Of a stretch of DNA of 64,000 nt, positions 1 to 9,920 are shown in pieces; within the stretch, counting starts at the first letter, position 1; each line of letters begins with the position of its first letter. A program made the position numbers and the translations under genes. Below the pieces are notes generated by a model that saw nothing but the letters and a program-made list of their open reading frames with translations, was not told where the DNA came from and did no database searches. Source of the DNA: an uncultured virus (IMG/VR IMGVR_UViG_3300010048_000003) (lineage: Duplodnaviria; Heunggongvirae; Uroviricota; Caudoviricetes); the IMG/VR virus record IMGVR_UViG_3300010048_000003; one strand, given 5' to 3'.

Positions 1-213
1 CTCAACTGGGTGGTCGGAGTGGTGCTGGAGGATGAATGCGTTCGGCATGAATTCCTTGACGGCGTCTATACATTCCGAGCATAGCTCGATAGGCTGGAAC
101 TCGTCATCCCCGACGTACTCGCCATTTTTGGTGTACTGGAGTCTTGCGACTCGAAGGACGAAGGTTGTGTTGATGCATTGCTTATCGCATACGTCGCAGA
201 AGGTTTTCTTCAT
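1..213 (-). CDS. Hypothetical Cys-containing protein (runs off the window edge)
   Basis: Manual translation MKKTFCDVCDKQ...LCSECID. ATG lies right after the stop of the upstream gene; two CxxC pairs. Confidence 0.6.
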   Translation of the reverse strand, partial: MKKTFCDVCDKQCINTTFVLRVARLQYTKNGEYVGDDEFQPIELCSECIDAVKEFMPNAFILQHHSDHPVE

Positions 214-214
214 T

Positions 215-922
215 TCAGTGTGTCGCTACCCATTCTGCTATGTCCTTCCGGAGTCGGAGCCAGAGCTGGTACAGGTCGCGTACCCGCTCGCCGGGTACGT
301 CCCTATCCCTATTATACGGCTGTTCGCGGAGATATACCTTATTGATTCCGTTATTTATCGCGTCAGCGGTCTGTTCCGGAAGGTCATCGACCGCCGCTAC
401 GATACGGTCAAGACCTACCTGTCGTACGAGATCCTGGTACTTGGTCAGGAAGATGCCGCCGCCAAAGTCTACTCCTTCAAAGATGACGGCGTCGTACTCG
501 ATGTTGTTCCGGCGTAGCCATTCCCGCGTATCGGGGTCGATGTTGTCGAGCCGCAGGTACGGGCGCGTAGTACAGATCCAGACTTCAACCCCTTCCGCGC
601 GGACGTTGTGTGTGAGCTCGGCGGCGTAGTCGTACACAGGCATGAAGCGCTTCAGTCCGCCCTGCCGGTAGGCGAGCTTACACTCGCGGTAGATGTGGTG
701 AGGTACGCCCATGAACTGACTGAGCGGTAGGCCGGGGTTGATCTTGGATGAGTCTGGCATATCCTGGCCGAGCCAGTGTTCTGCGAACCACAGGAAGTGC
801 TGATGGTAATTGCCTAGGGTACCATCGATGTCGAGCGCGACGACTGGCTTATCCCCGCCGCTACGGAAAATGCCTGATTCGAACATTTCCTTGATCTCAG
901 GTCCTGTCATGAATCGGCTCAC
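215..922 (-). CDS. HAD-superfamily phosphatase, 5'(3')-deoxyribonucleotidase-like
   Basis: Motif I LDIDGTL, motif II ICTTRP, motif IV AVDD. Confidence 0.8.
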   Translation of the reverse strand: MSRFMTGPEIKEMFESGIFRSGGDKPVVALDIDGTLGNYHQHFLWFAEHWLGQDMPDSSKINPGLPLSQFMGVPHHIYRECKLAYRQGGLKRFMPVYDYAAELTHNVRAEGVEVWICTTRPYLRLDNIDPDTREWLRRNNIEYDAVIFEGVDFGGGIFLTKYQDLVRQVGLDRIVAAVDDLPEQTADAINNGINKVYLREQPYNRDRDVPGERVRDLYQLWLRLRKDIAEWVATH

Positions 923-1191
923 TTGATAGTCATCTTGGCCGCGTCCGATAGGATGAGGTCGTATGCGGCGTTCATGTTGATGTCTTCGGCATGAGAGAAC
1001 CTAGAGGCGATGTGGATGACCTTGCCGAAGATCTTGTACTGGTGTACGTGGTAGGCCATCTGATGTAGATCTATCGGCCGGTCTAGTTCATGTATGCCGG
1101 TATCGATGACGTCGTACGCGACGACGCGAATGCCTGTGATGTCATGTATCTGTCCACGAGCCGGGCCGTCGATGAACAGGGTGTTCGTCAT
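919..1191 (-). CDS. Hypothetical protein
   Basis: ATGA overlaps on both sides; MTNTLFIDGPARG N-terminus typical of small phage proteins. Confidence 0.6.
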   Translation of the reverse strand: MTNTLFIDGPARGQIHDITGIRVVAYDVIDTGIHELDRPIDLHQMAYHVHQYKIFGKVIHIASRFSHAEDINMNAAYDLILSDAAKMTIK

Positions 1192-1964
1192 TTCAGGATC
1201 TCCATCACTTCCGGATAAGCTTTGTGAACGAGATAGCTCTTTTCCCATTTGCCGTACCGGCCGATCCGGGAAATCTCAGGATGACACGTACAGTCGGTAC
1301 TGAGAGGCTTAGCGACAGCAGCTAGCGATTCGCCATTGCTAGGACGTTGTGACCATTCAGTTGTCCGGTAGCCGAAGACGCATGCGCTACGGTACCAGGT
1401 ATGTTCGTCGGTTCCGTCACAGACAATAGTGTCATCGACACTATTCTCTTGTGTCATACTCCCGGTCGCGTATATGACGTGATGCCTGAAGATATGACGT
1501 CGATCGCTACATAGTGCGGGTGCGGGAATGGTTGAGATCATCACGCTAGGGTTGGCGCGGCGTACCTCGGTCGGTAGCTCGCCATCTGAGATGGTTGGAG
1601 CTATAAGGAACTGTACTTGGCCGGGGGTCTCGTGAAGATGCATCCACATCGCCGAGTACGTCATCCTGATATCCCAGGCTTCATGTTCTCCGACAAAGTC
1701 TTCGGGCGAGACCTTGCCCATCCAGCCGTCGCCGTACACCTTGTAACGGTACTGTTCTGGCGTACCGCGCAAGGTGTAGTTGACTACGGTATGTGGCACT
1801 TGTTCGTATCCGGGGACCGGGGCATGGAGGTACTGACATCCATACTGTCGACTACGGCGGTCAGTATTGCTAACGAGCATGACGGTAAGGCCGGACCTGA
1901 CGACAGCCGTAGCTGCCGCCAGACCGGACGGTCCGCAGCCCAGGATGACTACGTCAACCGACAT
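1188..1964 (-). CDS. FAD-dependent oxidoreductase, UDP-galactopyranose-mutase-like
   Basis: Rossmann motif VVILGCGPSGL. YGCQYLH resembles Glf YGxHxFH, and C-terminal IGRYGKW resembles Glf GRLGxY. Shorter than Glf. Confidence 0.65.
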   Translation of the reverse strand: MSVDVVILGCGPSGLAAATAVVRSGLTVMLVSNTDRRSRQYGCQYLHAPVPGYEQVPHTVVNYTLRGTPEQYRYKVYGDGWMGKVSPEDFVGEHEAWDIRMTYSAMWMHLHETPGQVQFLIAPTISDGELPTEVRRANPSVMISTIPAPALCSDRRHIFRHHVIYATGSMTQENSVDDTIVCDGTDEHTWYRSACVFGYRTTEWSQRPSNGESLAAVAKPLSTDCTCHPEISRIGRYGKWEKSYLVHKAYPEVMEILK

Positions 1965-2329
1965 AATATGAATCTTCCATACTCATCTCGTTCCCTCCTG
2001 AACGCTGCTTCTCTTCTCATTGGCGCTATTCTCTTTTGTGATGCGGACATCTTGCTTTTTATTCCATCGAGTCCGTTGTGTCTTTTTGTCTCCCATCCCT
2101 TCCGGTATATATCATCATAAAGGCGATGACATTTTACGCACATAGGCTGATAGTTGTTTATGTCTAGTTCATCAGTGTCGTGAACGTGAGCCCATTCCTT
2201 GGCATTTTGGCCGCATGTACTACACGCGTACTTTTTGGCCTTTCCGCGTTCACGACTAATTCTTTGATGTATACCGTTGTATGTGACGTTATCTTTGTAT
2301 CGTTCTGGGTGGTTGTTATACTCCTTCAT
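1949..2329 (-). CDS. HNH endonuclease
   Basis: CSTCG...WAHVH...NYQPMCVKCH. Confidence 0.75.
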   Translation of the reverse strand: MKEYNNHPERYKDNVTYNGIHQRISRERGKAKKYACSTCGQNAKEWAHVHDTDELDINNYQPMCVKCHRLYDDIYRKGWETKRHNGLDGIKSKMSASQKRIAPMRREAAFRRERDEYGRFILCRLT

Positions 2330-2330
2330 C

Positions 2331-2684
2331 TTAGCCGATGTTGAATATGCGCTGATACAGCAGTTCCTGCTTGTGGAGTAGTATTTGGCGAACTTCGGAG
2401 GTATTCTTCTTGAAGTGCTGCATCGCAAGGATGGCTGTGAGTGCCTGGTCGGCTAGCTCGTCGAGACGTTCCTCTGGCGTCGCGTATACGCCCTTGCGTG
2501 GGTTCTGGCCGGTAACGCCGATCTGGGCATCTACTGCCTCGCCTAGCTCCTCGATGCCCTTGGAAATCCGTGCCCAGTCCTGAGCCAGGGGCTGGTCCTT
2601 GTATTCCTGGCTGACGTTCTCGTCGAGCCATTCATCGACACGGTGGATGATCTGCCAGTCGATCGAATCCTCAAGATAGCTCAT
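2331..2684 (-). CDS. MazG-like nucleotide pyrophosphohydrolase
   Basis: KGIEELGEAVDA...GQNPRKG...DELADQ acidic motifs. Confidence 0.8.
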   Translation of the reverse strand: MSYLEDSIDWQIIHRVDEWLDENVSQEYKDQPLAQDWARISKGIEELGEAVDAQIGVTGQNPRKGVYATPEERLDELADQALTAILAMQHFKKNTSEVRQILLHKQELLYQRIFNIG

Positions 2685-3289
2685 CCTGTGATCCTCGTGA
2701 TTCGGGGGTTGGCGCGGGTTAGCGTGTAGCCTGGGATCTGCCGGTAGCAGACTGTGCTGTTGAAGCTCTGGTAGAACGTGAACTGGTGGAGCGGCGCGGG
2801 CGGCGGCCCGAACGCCTCGGCGATTGCCTCCTGGGTGCTGTGGTCCGAGTACTCAGAAGTCACGGTACGGTCGAAGTGCCATCCTTGGTTGCGGTCGGTA
2901 ATCCCGATCGCGTACCTGGTACCGCCAAGGTACCTGATGTGTACCGAGACGTAGTCTCCCTGGCGAGCTACTTCTGGCACCGCAACATAAGGGTTCGGCC
3001 AGGCCTGAGTCCATACCTTGTACGTAGTATGGCCGTAGCGTTCTGTAGCAGTGAATCCCGCGCGCTCCCTGCCATGATGCCCGAGACCGGCCCATATTGA
3101 AGTTGCTGTTGTTCTGGAACCGGTACTGGCCGACCCGAATAGCCACCAGGCGGTAGTCATTACGGATGTCGGCCCGGCCGCGCATCCCTCCCAGCCTAGG
3201 ACTGATGTTGTTGGAGTTCCCGTGAATGCGGTTGCTGCCATTACCGCTGTTATTGCTGCTGATACTATCATGGCCATTCTCCGGACCAA
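2681..3289 (-). CDS. Secreted protein, possibly G1 glutamic peptidase-like fold
   Basis: Signal-peptide-like N-terminus; SIWAGLG, GDYVSVHI and QEAIAE resemble peptidase G1 motifs. Confidence 0.45.
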   Translation of the reverse strand: MVRRMAMIVSAAITAVMAATAFTGTPTTSVLGWEGCAAGPTSVMTTAWWLFGSASTGSRTTATSIWAGLGHHGRERAGFTATERYGHTTYKVWTQAWPNPYVAVPEVARQGDYVSVHIRYLGGTRYAIGITDRNQGWHFDRTVTSEYSDHSTQEAIAEAFGPPPAPLHQFTFYQSFNSTVCYRQIPGYTLTRANPRITRITG

Positions 3290-3364
3290 ACGGCCCGGAG
3301 GAATTCCGCATGGGTTTCCCTCCGGAGCCGTTCAATCTCTGCCGCTAGGTTCCTGGCGATGGGG

Positions 3365-4186
3365 TTAAAATGGAGGCTCGTTGTCGTCGCCGCCGCCACG
3401 GGCACGACCCCGGCCGCGAGCTGGCGCGGGTTTTGCTGCGGCGGGCTTCGCAGTCGCTCTGGCGCCGCGCTGGCCACGGGCCGGAGCGGGCTTCTCCGGC
3501 TCTTTCGACGCCGCGCGGGTACGGGTACCCCGAGCCGGGGCAGCGGGCTTCTCCGGGGCGCTACGGGCGCTGGCACGGCCCCTTCCGCGCGACGGGGCCG
3601 GTTCCGGTTCCGGCTCCTCCTCAGGCTCCTCCTCAGGCTCCTCCTCAGGCTCCTCCTCTTCGTCTACTGGTTCTTCGTCGGACTCCTCCCATGGGAGCCA
3701 TTCCTTCACGGCGGGCTTGTACTCGCCGTTGTAGCGCTCCCGGTCGGTGATGATGCGGCCCCAGGCCTCATCATTCTCCTCGCCCGGATGGAAGGTGCCG
3801 ATTGAATTGATGGGCGCGCCGTTCTGGTCGTCCTTGTCGGCTACGTCCGTCTTCGTCTTGACGTCCTTGAGCGTGATCCCGTAGTTGTCGAGGAACGGGG
3901 CCCAGCGGAACTTGGCGCCGCCGATCAGCGCGTAGTTGAGCCAGAACGGGCAGCCGTTGAATTCCTCTTCATCGCCATCGTTCTCGGCGGCGAGCCAGAG
4001 GATCTTGAGCATCGGGTCGCCGTTCTGCGTTCGCGTCCACCACATCTTGCGAACGAAGCCGGACAGCTCGGTGTCCTTTGGCGGGACTTCGCCATCGTAG
4101 GTGTCGAACGTCTCGGTTGAGTACTCGATCGCATCGAGTTCATCAACGTCGAGGTCTTCCGTGTCCTCTTTGCGGAGGCGTACCAT
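3365..4186 (-). CDS. Probable single-stranded DNA-binding protein
   Basis: Follows the exonuclease and AAA genes; acidic low-complexity linker; C-terminal DDNEPPF tail. Confidence 0.6.
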   Translation of the reverse strand: MVRLRKEDTEDLDVDELDAIEYSTETFDTYDGEVPPKDTELSGFVRKMWWTRTQNGDPMLKILWLAAENDGDEEEFNGCPFWLNYALIGGAKFRWAPFLDNYGITLKDVKTKTDVADKDDQNGAPINSIGTFHPGEENDEAWGRIITDRERYNGEYKPAVKEWLPWEESDEEPVDEEEEPEEEPEEEPEEEPEPEPAPSRGRGRASARSAPEKPAAPARGTRTRAASKEPEKPAPARGQRGARATAKPAAAKPAPARGRGRARGGGDDNEPPF

Positions 4187-4389
4187 CAGTTTCCCTTTTC
4201 GTGATCGTGATCTAGATATTGTTGATGGAGGCGGTGATCTGCTGTGTGTTCTCCCTTCGTGATATACAGCAGTAGGTTGTGCCGCTTAATGACGTGTTTC
4301 TTGAGCCAGTCAGCGGACTGAGTGTCTGGGTCGACCAGTAGATCTGGTTGTGCGGCGGGATACGGTTTCTGTCTGCGTGTCGGAGGAAT
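4186..4389 (-). CDS. Small His-rich hypothetical protein with apparent ATT start
   Basis: AGGAG then ATT CCT CCG ACA; open for 67 codons to a TGA overlapping the next ATG; not in the ORF track. Confidence 0.5.
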   Translation of the reverse strand: MPPTRRQKPYPAAQPDLLVDPDTQSADWLKKHVIKRHNLLLYITKGEHTADHRLHQQYLDHDHEKGN

Positions 4390-5248
4390 CGCTTGCTCCT
4401 ATCGCCTTTTCGATTGCCTGGATCATCTTGGACATCTCGAAGAAACTGCCTTCTTCGACGTCCCAGAACTTACCTAGTGCGATATACCGGTCCTTGGCGT
4501 ACCAGGGCGGCATCGGCTGGCACAGAGCGCGTCGGAGAATAGCGCCACGCATTTCCCGGGATTCCCGCGCCACCGCATAGTAGAGTGCGACGGAGAACTG
4601 GGCGCTGACGTAGTCGGAGATCTCGCCTTTCTTGCCCAGGAGATGAGGGATGATACGCTCCTCACCCTCGGCATCGTCGGCGGTCATACTGGTGGTGATG
4701 AAGATGACGTTGAACTTCCCGTCGATCAGGCGATCAGTCCAGCGCTTGAAGCCGTTCTGGTACTTCTGGTGGTTCTGGATCGCAGGGATGTCGAGGTCGC
4801 GCTGCGGATTGATCTCGTTCTCGCGCTGGAGAATCCAGCGCATGTACATCTCCTGCATCTTGGTGCCGGAGTCGACCACGAGCCAGTCGTCGATTGTGAA
4901 TTCAGCTTCTGCCTTCTTAACCCCGGCGATCGCATGTTCCCAAGACGGGCAGCGCCACAGCTTGGCCTGGCTGCCTACCGCGCGGGCGCTGGCGATCCCT
5001 TCCGTCTCGGTCGAGAGGAACGTCACGTTGCGGGAACCGTCCGCCGCGCCGCCTGCTAGAAGGGTCTTACCGTGTCCGGATGGGCCGTGAATTAGAATGT
5101 TGATCGCGGCGCTCTGTCCGGAACTTGAAAGATCTTCTTCTTTGATTTCGACATCCGCTTCCATCATGGAGAGCGGTGCTTCTCGTGACTGCTTAGCCGA
5201 CTGGCGCGGAATTCCTCGGGCACCGCGCAGGCCCCGTGTAGGCGGCAT
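4310..5248 (-). CDS. AAA ATPase (Sak4/RecA-like recombinase)
   Basis: Walker A GPSGHGKT, Walker B LVVDS, AKDR motif; adjacent to exonuclease and SSB. Confidence 0.75.
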   Translation of the reverse strand: MPPTRGLRGARGIPRQSAKQSREAPLSMMEADVEIKEEDLSSSGQSAAINILIHGPSGHGKTLLAGGAADGSRNVTFLSTETEGIASARAVGSQAKLWRCPSWEHAIAGVKKAEAEFTIDDWLVVDSGTKMQEMYMRWILQRENEINPQRDLDIPAIQNHQKYQNGFKRWTDRLIDGKFNVIFITTSMTADDAEGEERIIPHLLGKKGEISDYVSAQFSVALYYAVARESREMRGAILRRALCQPMPPWYAKDRYIALGKFWDVEEGSFFEMSKMIQAIEKAIGASDSSDTQTETVSRRTTRSTGRPRHSVR

Positions 5249-6228
5249 TAGATAGCACTCTTCCTCATATCTGCGTAGGGATCTGCTTGCCGGTAGTTGT
5301 TCTTGAGAACTTCATAGAAGGCATGTTCGTTACCGCGCTCGTGAAGTCCACATGGAATCCAGAAAGGACAACGAGGGCAGTCCTTCGTCGGCGTCTTGGT
5401 TATAGGGATTTGCCTTGTGCGTACCGCATTCATCACGGTCACTTCGTCAGCTATTCGCATCAGCTGGGTATTCTGTTCTTTTGGACTACGTTCCTTCAGC
5501 TCCCGCACGAACGGGAGCGGCGGCTGCTTCTTGGAGATGGAACCGTCCTTGTTAAGATAGTTGCCATCGCTGTCCTGCGGTCGGTCATCGCCTTTTGTTT
5601 TCCTGAGGAAATTGTAGATGATTCCCTCGATATGCTCACTCGCTTTCAGAATGCCATTCGCCTGAAGGGCTTGTGACGCGACCGCCCAGTAGGAACCGGC
5701 CTGATCGTCTAGCTCCAGGTAGGCGGTTGCGATCTGTGCCGCGGTCTTGTTTTCAAGCAGGTAGATAAGTCCGTCTTCAAGATTGCGAAGAACGCCATCC
5801 CATCGCGAAGCGAAGTGAGCAATAGGCTTGCCATGTCGCATGATGCGAACCTTGAATGGTTGCTCTACGGAGATGATCTCCCATTGTTCATCGGCGCCAT
5901 AGTACTCGATATATTCCTCAAGCATGGCGTAGCCGAGTTCGCGAGCGTCAACCCATACCGGCTCATCGAATGTCTCATCAAAGTATGTTTTGGCGAAACC
6001 AATCTCGTCGCCTACCCAGTCATCCCAGAAGTCGGCTGGGTGTATTCCTCGTTTTGTCCCTCGCTTATACCATTGTGCTAGGGCTTCGTGGACACCAATG
6101 CCGAACCATAGAGCGTCGGCTTGCGGGCTTCGCTGCTTATAGCCCATACGGTACTCAAGCCACCACCTGAATACGCAACGCTTGAAGGTGGCGCGTTCGC
6201 TAGTCCGAAGTATTGGTAGATTGTCCAC
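5248..6228 (-). CDS. Cas4-like PD-(D/E)XK exonuclease
   Basis: RTSER..FKRC, WDGV...LENKT, C-terminal CPRCPFWIPC; GGAGG before GTG at 6228. Confidence 0.8.
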   Translation of the reverse strand: MDNLPILRTSERATFKRCVFRWWLEYRMGYKQRSPQADALWFGIGVHEALAQWYKRGTKRGIHPADFWDDWVGDEIGFAKTYFDETFDEPVWVDARELGYAMLEEYIEYYGADEQWEIISVEQPFKVRIMRHGKPIAHFASRWDGVLRNLEDGLIYLLENKTAAQIATAYLELDDQAGSYWAVASQALQANGILKASEHIEGIIYNFLRKTKGDDRPQDSDGNYLNKDGSISKKQPPLPFVRELKERSPKEQNTQLMRIADEVTVMNAVRTRQIPITKTPTKDCPRCPFWIPCGLHERGNEHAFYEVLKNNYRQADPYADMRKSAI

Positions 6229-6366
6229 GATCCCTCCTAACGCCTTCAGGGTCCCAGACGGCCGTTCGACACGGGAGACCAAATGCCGTCTGGGACGCTC
6301 AGGGCGCAGGTTGGGCCAGGCCCGGCCTTCAACCCTGGGCGGGGAAGAGGAGACCGGGCCTGACGT

Positions 6367-7116
6367 CTAGTAGGGTGCCTCCGCACCGGCCTTGGCCGGC
6401 GTACGGCCCCTGCGTCGTGCGGGAGCTGGCGGCGGTGCCGCAGCGGCAGCGGCGGCGGCCTTGGATGCGTTCGACGGTCGACCGCGCTTCCTTGGTGCCG
6501 GCTCTGGCTCGGGTTCGGGTTCAACTTCGTCCTGGCGGCCAGCGCGGCGCGCTTCCCGGCGGGTGATGTTGAAGTCGGACTTCTGGAAATGCGGATACAG
6601 GGATGAGCCGAGAACCAGGAGCTTGTCCACCGGGACATCCTCCAGCGCGGCGACGTTGTCCTCGAACCACGTCACGTAGTCGGTCATCGTTGGCGACAGA
6701 TCCTTGTCCAGATACTTCTGGTAGTCGATCTGGCCATTCTCTTCCGGCTCTGGTGCCGGAGGCGGCGCTGTCTGGGTGGACCTACGTCCCCTGGCAGGCG
6801 GCATATGCGTGTCCTCTCGTTCGGACTTCGCTGAGGGGGTTCCCTTACTCTCCCGAGTATACGCCATCCGGCGAGTGGGCGCTACCCCCTTTCTAGATTT
6901 TTCTCGATGATCTTCGAGCGTGAACCGGCCGCGTCCGAGGTAACGCAGGGTAATGAATCCAGCCGAATTCGGTACCTTCCATTCCTTGTTTGGACGGCGC
7001 TTATCCATGGCTGTATAGTTAAGCGCTAGGTAGGCGTTATCCTCGCTGTAGCCGTACTCATTCATCAGTTCGGCAGCGATCGTCCTAACTCCGCGTCCAA
7101 TCATGGCAGTTGCCAC
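6367..7116 (-). CDS. Hypothetical protein; probable internal start at 6804
   Basis: 249-aa ORF; an internal promoter and RBS precede ATG 6804; core resembles the 18009 and 21313 products. Confidence 0.6.
   Translation of the reverse strand: MATAMIGRGVRTIAAELMNEYGYSEDNAYLALNYTAMDKRRPNKEWKVPNSAGFITLRYLGRGRFTLEDHREKSRKGVAPTRRMAYTRESKGTPSAKSEREDTHMPPARGRRSTQTAPPPAPEPEENGQIDYQKYLDKDLSPTMTDYVTWFEDNVAALEDVPVDKLLVLGSSLYPHFQKSDFNITRREARRAGRQDEVEPEPEPEPAPRKRGRPSNASKAAAAAAAAPPPAPARRRGRTPAKAGAEAPY
6856..6884 (-). promoter_or_regulatory. sigma70-like promoter
   Basis: TAGCGC-N17-TATACT. Confidence 0.65.
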
Positions 7117-7354
7117 AGTATCCCTCGAATACGTCGTCTGAACTGTGTGATATGTGTCCGCATCGCGGACAGGTAAAGCCTGGCGGTTCCGGTCGCGCTA
7201 CTTCGCCCTTTGGCCTGCGCACGATTTCGTCGGCGTAATCCTCGCAGGCCTGGTACTCTTCCGGGGTAAGCGGATCAGGCCATTGCTTCCCGAGTAGATG
7301 GACCTTGTCGGCGAATGCCTCGTACCACTTGTTGTCGAGTTCTTCCTCAGTCAT
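7085..7354 (-). CDS. Hypothetical zinc-ribbon protein
   Basis: FTCPRCG...GYCGNCHDWT. Confidence 0.55.
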   Translation of the reverse strand: MTEEELDNKWYEAFADKVHLLGKQWPDPLTPEEYQACEDYADEIVRRPKGEVARPEPPGFTCPRCGHISHSSDDVFEGYCGNCHDWTRS

Positions 7355-7430
7355 GGTAGCTGCAATACGAATATCGTAATGACGAATGCTACCAGAACTA
7401 CCGTCAGAGCTATGATGAATATCTTCTCTA

Positions 7431-9362
7431 TCACCCGTTGTCCGTTCCGGCAATAGCCATTTCGCTAAGCTTGACTGGACTCGCGGTCTCGACAGCGGCG
7501 CGCTGCTCATCATTGAGGTTCGCGATCCACTCGTCGATCGTGCCGACTGAGACTAGTCGGTAGATCGTCACCTGGTGGATGCGGCTTACCCGGTGAATCC
7601 GCGAGAACAGCTGTTCGTCACGGTCGGAGATCCATGGCATGTCGAGCACGACCATCTCGTCGGCCGCGTCGAGCGTGATTGATTCGCCGCCCGCGTCACG
7701 ATTTATACATACCACCCGGAGGGAATCGTTTGGGTCTTGGAACCGCGTGACTAGATCCGCGCGGTCTCGGTCTGACGTTGCCCCTGTTAGCGTCAGCACC
7801 TCAAGCCCTTGCGCTCGAATCTCGCGGGCGGCTAGCTCTACCATGGAGGAGAAGCTGGAAGCTACGACCACTTTCTGTCCGGTGTCCTCCCGCTCCTGAA
7901 TGAATTCAAGTAGCCATTCGATCTTGTTTGATGGTAGGACCGGGATAAGGTGTTGTCGGCCTTCACCGCCTCGGTCGTGCGTCGCGGTAGCGAACTGCCG
8001 GAGTCGCGTGATCTCGGCAAGTACGCCCGTCGCGGTGATCTTACCGCTCTCAAGCTGGGCTTCCGCGAGCGACTCCATCGACCAGTATGCCTTCGACTGT
8101 TCCGGCGTCATGTCGAGCTGAACGTAACACGGGCTGTTCGGGTCGTTAGGGTCGATAGGCGTACCAGCGTACATGATCTCCGGTAGGTCTGGCGCGGCTT
8201 CTGCCTTATTGCGCTTCAGGTAGTAGGGCCGGAGCATCTTGTCCCATGTCTCCATATCCCTAGGCTCTAGTACCTTGTCACCGCCACCTACGATCTTGCC
8301 ATATGTCCCCTCCTCGACACCGAAGTGTAGTCCGGCCCATCGCCAGTAGCTGCTGAACACGTCGGGCCGAAGCCAGTTGAGTGTACCCCAGCCCTTCTCA
8401 AGCTTGGAGCGGAACGGCGTGCCGGACAGGGCAATGGCTAGGCCATTCGGCCGGAGCTGCTTCCTGACCTTTGACGCGCCGAACCGGCCTAGCGTGATCC
8501 GCTTGGACTGGATGTTCGCGGTCGAGGCGAGGATGTTGTGTGATTCATCGAATACGATGGCATCCCACTTTTGCGAAGCGAAGAACGGGAAGTCGAACGT
8601 CGCATGATACTCATGACGAGGATGTCCGTACGGAGCTGACCCGTTGAAGGCGCACTCGCCATTCACTCCGGATGGACAGTGTTCCTTACGCTTGGCCCGG
8701 ATCATCTCGATGTTGATGATAAGCATCTTGCGGCCGCCATGGTATGTGTAGTAGTCGTACATCACGGCTTCACGTTCGGCTCTTGTTCCTTCCGCAACGA
8801 ACGTCTTGATCGTCGGGGTCCAGCGCAGTGTCTCGCGCTCCCACACAGTTCGCTTCGCGGTCTTGCGACACGAAACAAGAATTTCCTGCGCGTCGTTCTC
8901 AATCAATGCCGCGAGCGTCTGGAGAGTCTTGCCGAGTCCTGGGTCATCACCGAGGATCACGTTCTTGCCGGCCAGGATGAAAGCCGTACCTGCTATCTGA
9001 TACTTCCGGTTGAGCATCGCCGCCATCAGGTCGGGCGCTTCCTCAGCGACCCGAGTGAAGGTTATGTTGTGAATGTTCTCTTCGCGCATCTCCTCTAGGT
9101 GGCGTTCCTTCGCCACTTCCTTGCGAGCCCAGTCAGCTAGTGCCGGGAGGATCTCAAGCTCATCACCGAACTCCTTGCGGAGTGCTCGGCAGGAATCCAT
9201 CGTGAGCGGATAGGACCACCCGAGGAATATGCTCGGAGTCACGCTCCTGTCCCAGTCGGCACGAGCGCCGGGAACTCTCTTGGCGGCACGCGGACCCTGA
9301 CCACTCTCATAATCGATTTTGGCTAGGACTCGCTTCCCGTCCGTCGTTACTATCGCCTTCAT
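7431..9362 (-). CDS. SNF2-family helicase
   Basis: DDPGLGKT, FDESH, LSGTP, SRIHRVS motifs. Confidence 0.9.
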   Translation of the reverse strand: MKAIVTTDGKRVLAKIDYESGQGPRAAKRVPGARADWDRSVTPSIFLGWSYPLTMDSCRALRKEFGDELEILPALADWARKEVAKERHLEEMREENIHNITFTRVAEEAPDLMAAMLNRKYQIAGTAFILAGKNVILGDDPGLGKTLQTLAALIENDAQEILVSCRKTAKRTVWERETLRWTPTIKTFVAEGTRAEREAVMYDYYTYHGGRKMLIINIEMIRAKRKEHCPSGVNGECAFNGSAPYGHPRHEYHATFDFPFFASQKWDAIVFDESHNILASTANIQSKRITLGRFGASKVRKQLRPNGLAIALSGTPFRSKLEKGWGTLNWLRPDVFSSYWRWAGLHFGVEEGTYGKIVGGGDKVLEPRDMETWDKMLRPYYLKRNKAEAAPDLPEIMYAGTPIDPNDPNSPCYVQLDMTPEQSKAYWSMESLAEAQLESGKITATGVLAEITRLRQFATATHDRGGEGRQHLIPVLPSNKIEWLLEFIQEREDTGQKVVVASSFSSMVELAAREIRAQGLEVLTLTGATSDRDRADLVTRFQDPNDSLRVVCINRDAGGESITLDAADEMVVLDMPWISDRDEQLFSRIHRVSRIHQVTIYRLVSVGTIDEWIANLNDEQRAAVETASPVKLSEMAIAGTDNG

Positions 9363-9368
9363 ACCTAT

Positions 9369-9397
9369 AGTCTACCCGATCCGGGGCCTGATAGCTA
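9369..9397 (-). promoter_or_regulatory. Promoter, probably giving a leaderless helicase mRNA
   Basis: TAGCTA-N17-TAGACT with ATG 6 nt downstream. Confidence 0.6.
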
Positions 9398-9546
9398 GGG
9401 GTTAGGGGGATTTGTTTTCGATTACATCGGATTCGGGGTCGACGTCTGGCTCCGGTTCGCGCGGTGTTGGTGTGAGAGTCTGTAGGTACTCAGCATATCG
9501 CTGAGCTATGCTACACCATCCAGGAATTGCTCCTCTTAGGATCGGG

Positions 9547-9795
9547 CTATAAGTCATGATTTGCCTTTCGTCCGTTGCCGTTTGGGAAGCGGAGCGGACA
9601 CTTGTAGCCGCATGTCTTAGTGTGCTCGTTCCGGACGGAGTGGAGCGTCTTGATGACCTTGTTGCCGCAGTCACACTCCAGGCTGACTATTCTCTGTACG
9701 CGATCGTACATCTTCGCGTGTGGCAGCTCCTCGATCACCGTCAGGCGGCCGAACCTGTCCCCTGGACTCACCTTGATACGTTGCGGGCGTGCCAT
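9547..9795 (-). CDS. Homing-endonuclease-associated Cys domain without a nuclease domain
   Basis: GDRFGRLTV...CDCGN...TKTCG pattern. Confidence 0.55.
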   Translation of the reverse strand: MARPQRIKVSPGDRFGRLTVIEELPHAKMYDRVQRIVSLECDCGNKVIKTLHSVRNEHTKTCGYKCPLRFPNGNGRKANHDL

Positions 9796-9920
9796 TGTCG
9801 AGCCTTTCGATCTGGTGGAATATGTGGCTGAATAGCTCGACCGACACAGCGTCAAGATCGTCAACGCTATTGGCCTCGTGGAGTGCGATAAGCACTGTCG
9901 TTAGTGCTTCGCGCAGTTTC

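Noticed and set aside
3612..3658. 12-bp tandem repeat GGCTCCTCCTCA
   Set aside because: It only encodes the EEEP linker of the SSB-like protein
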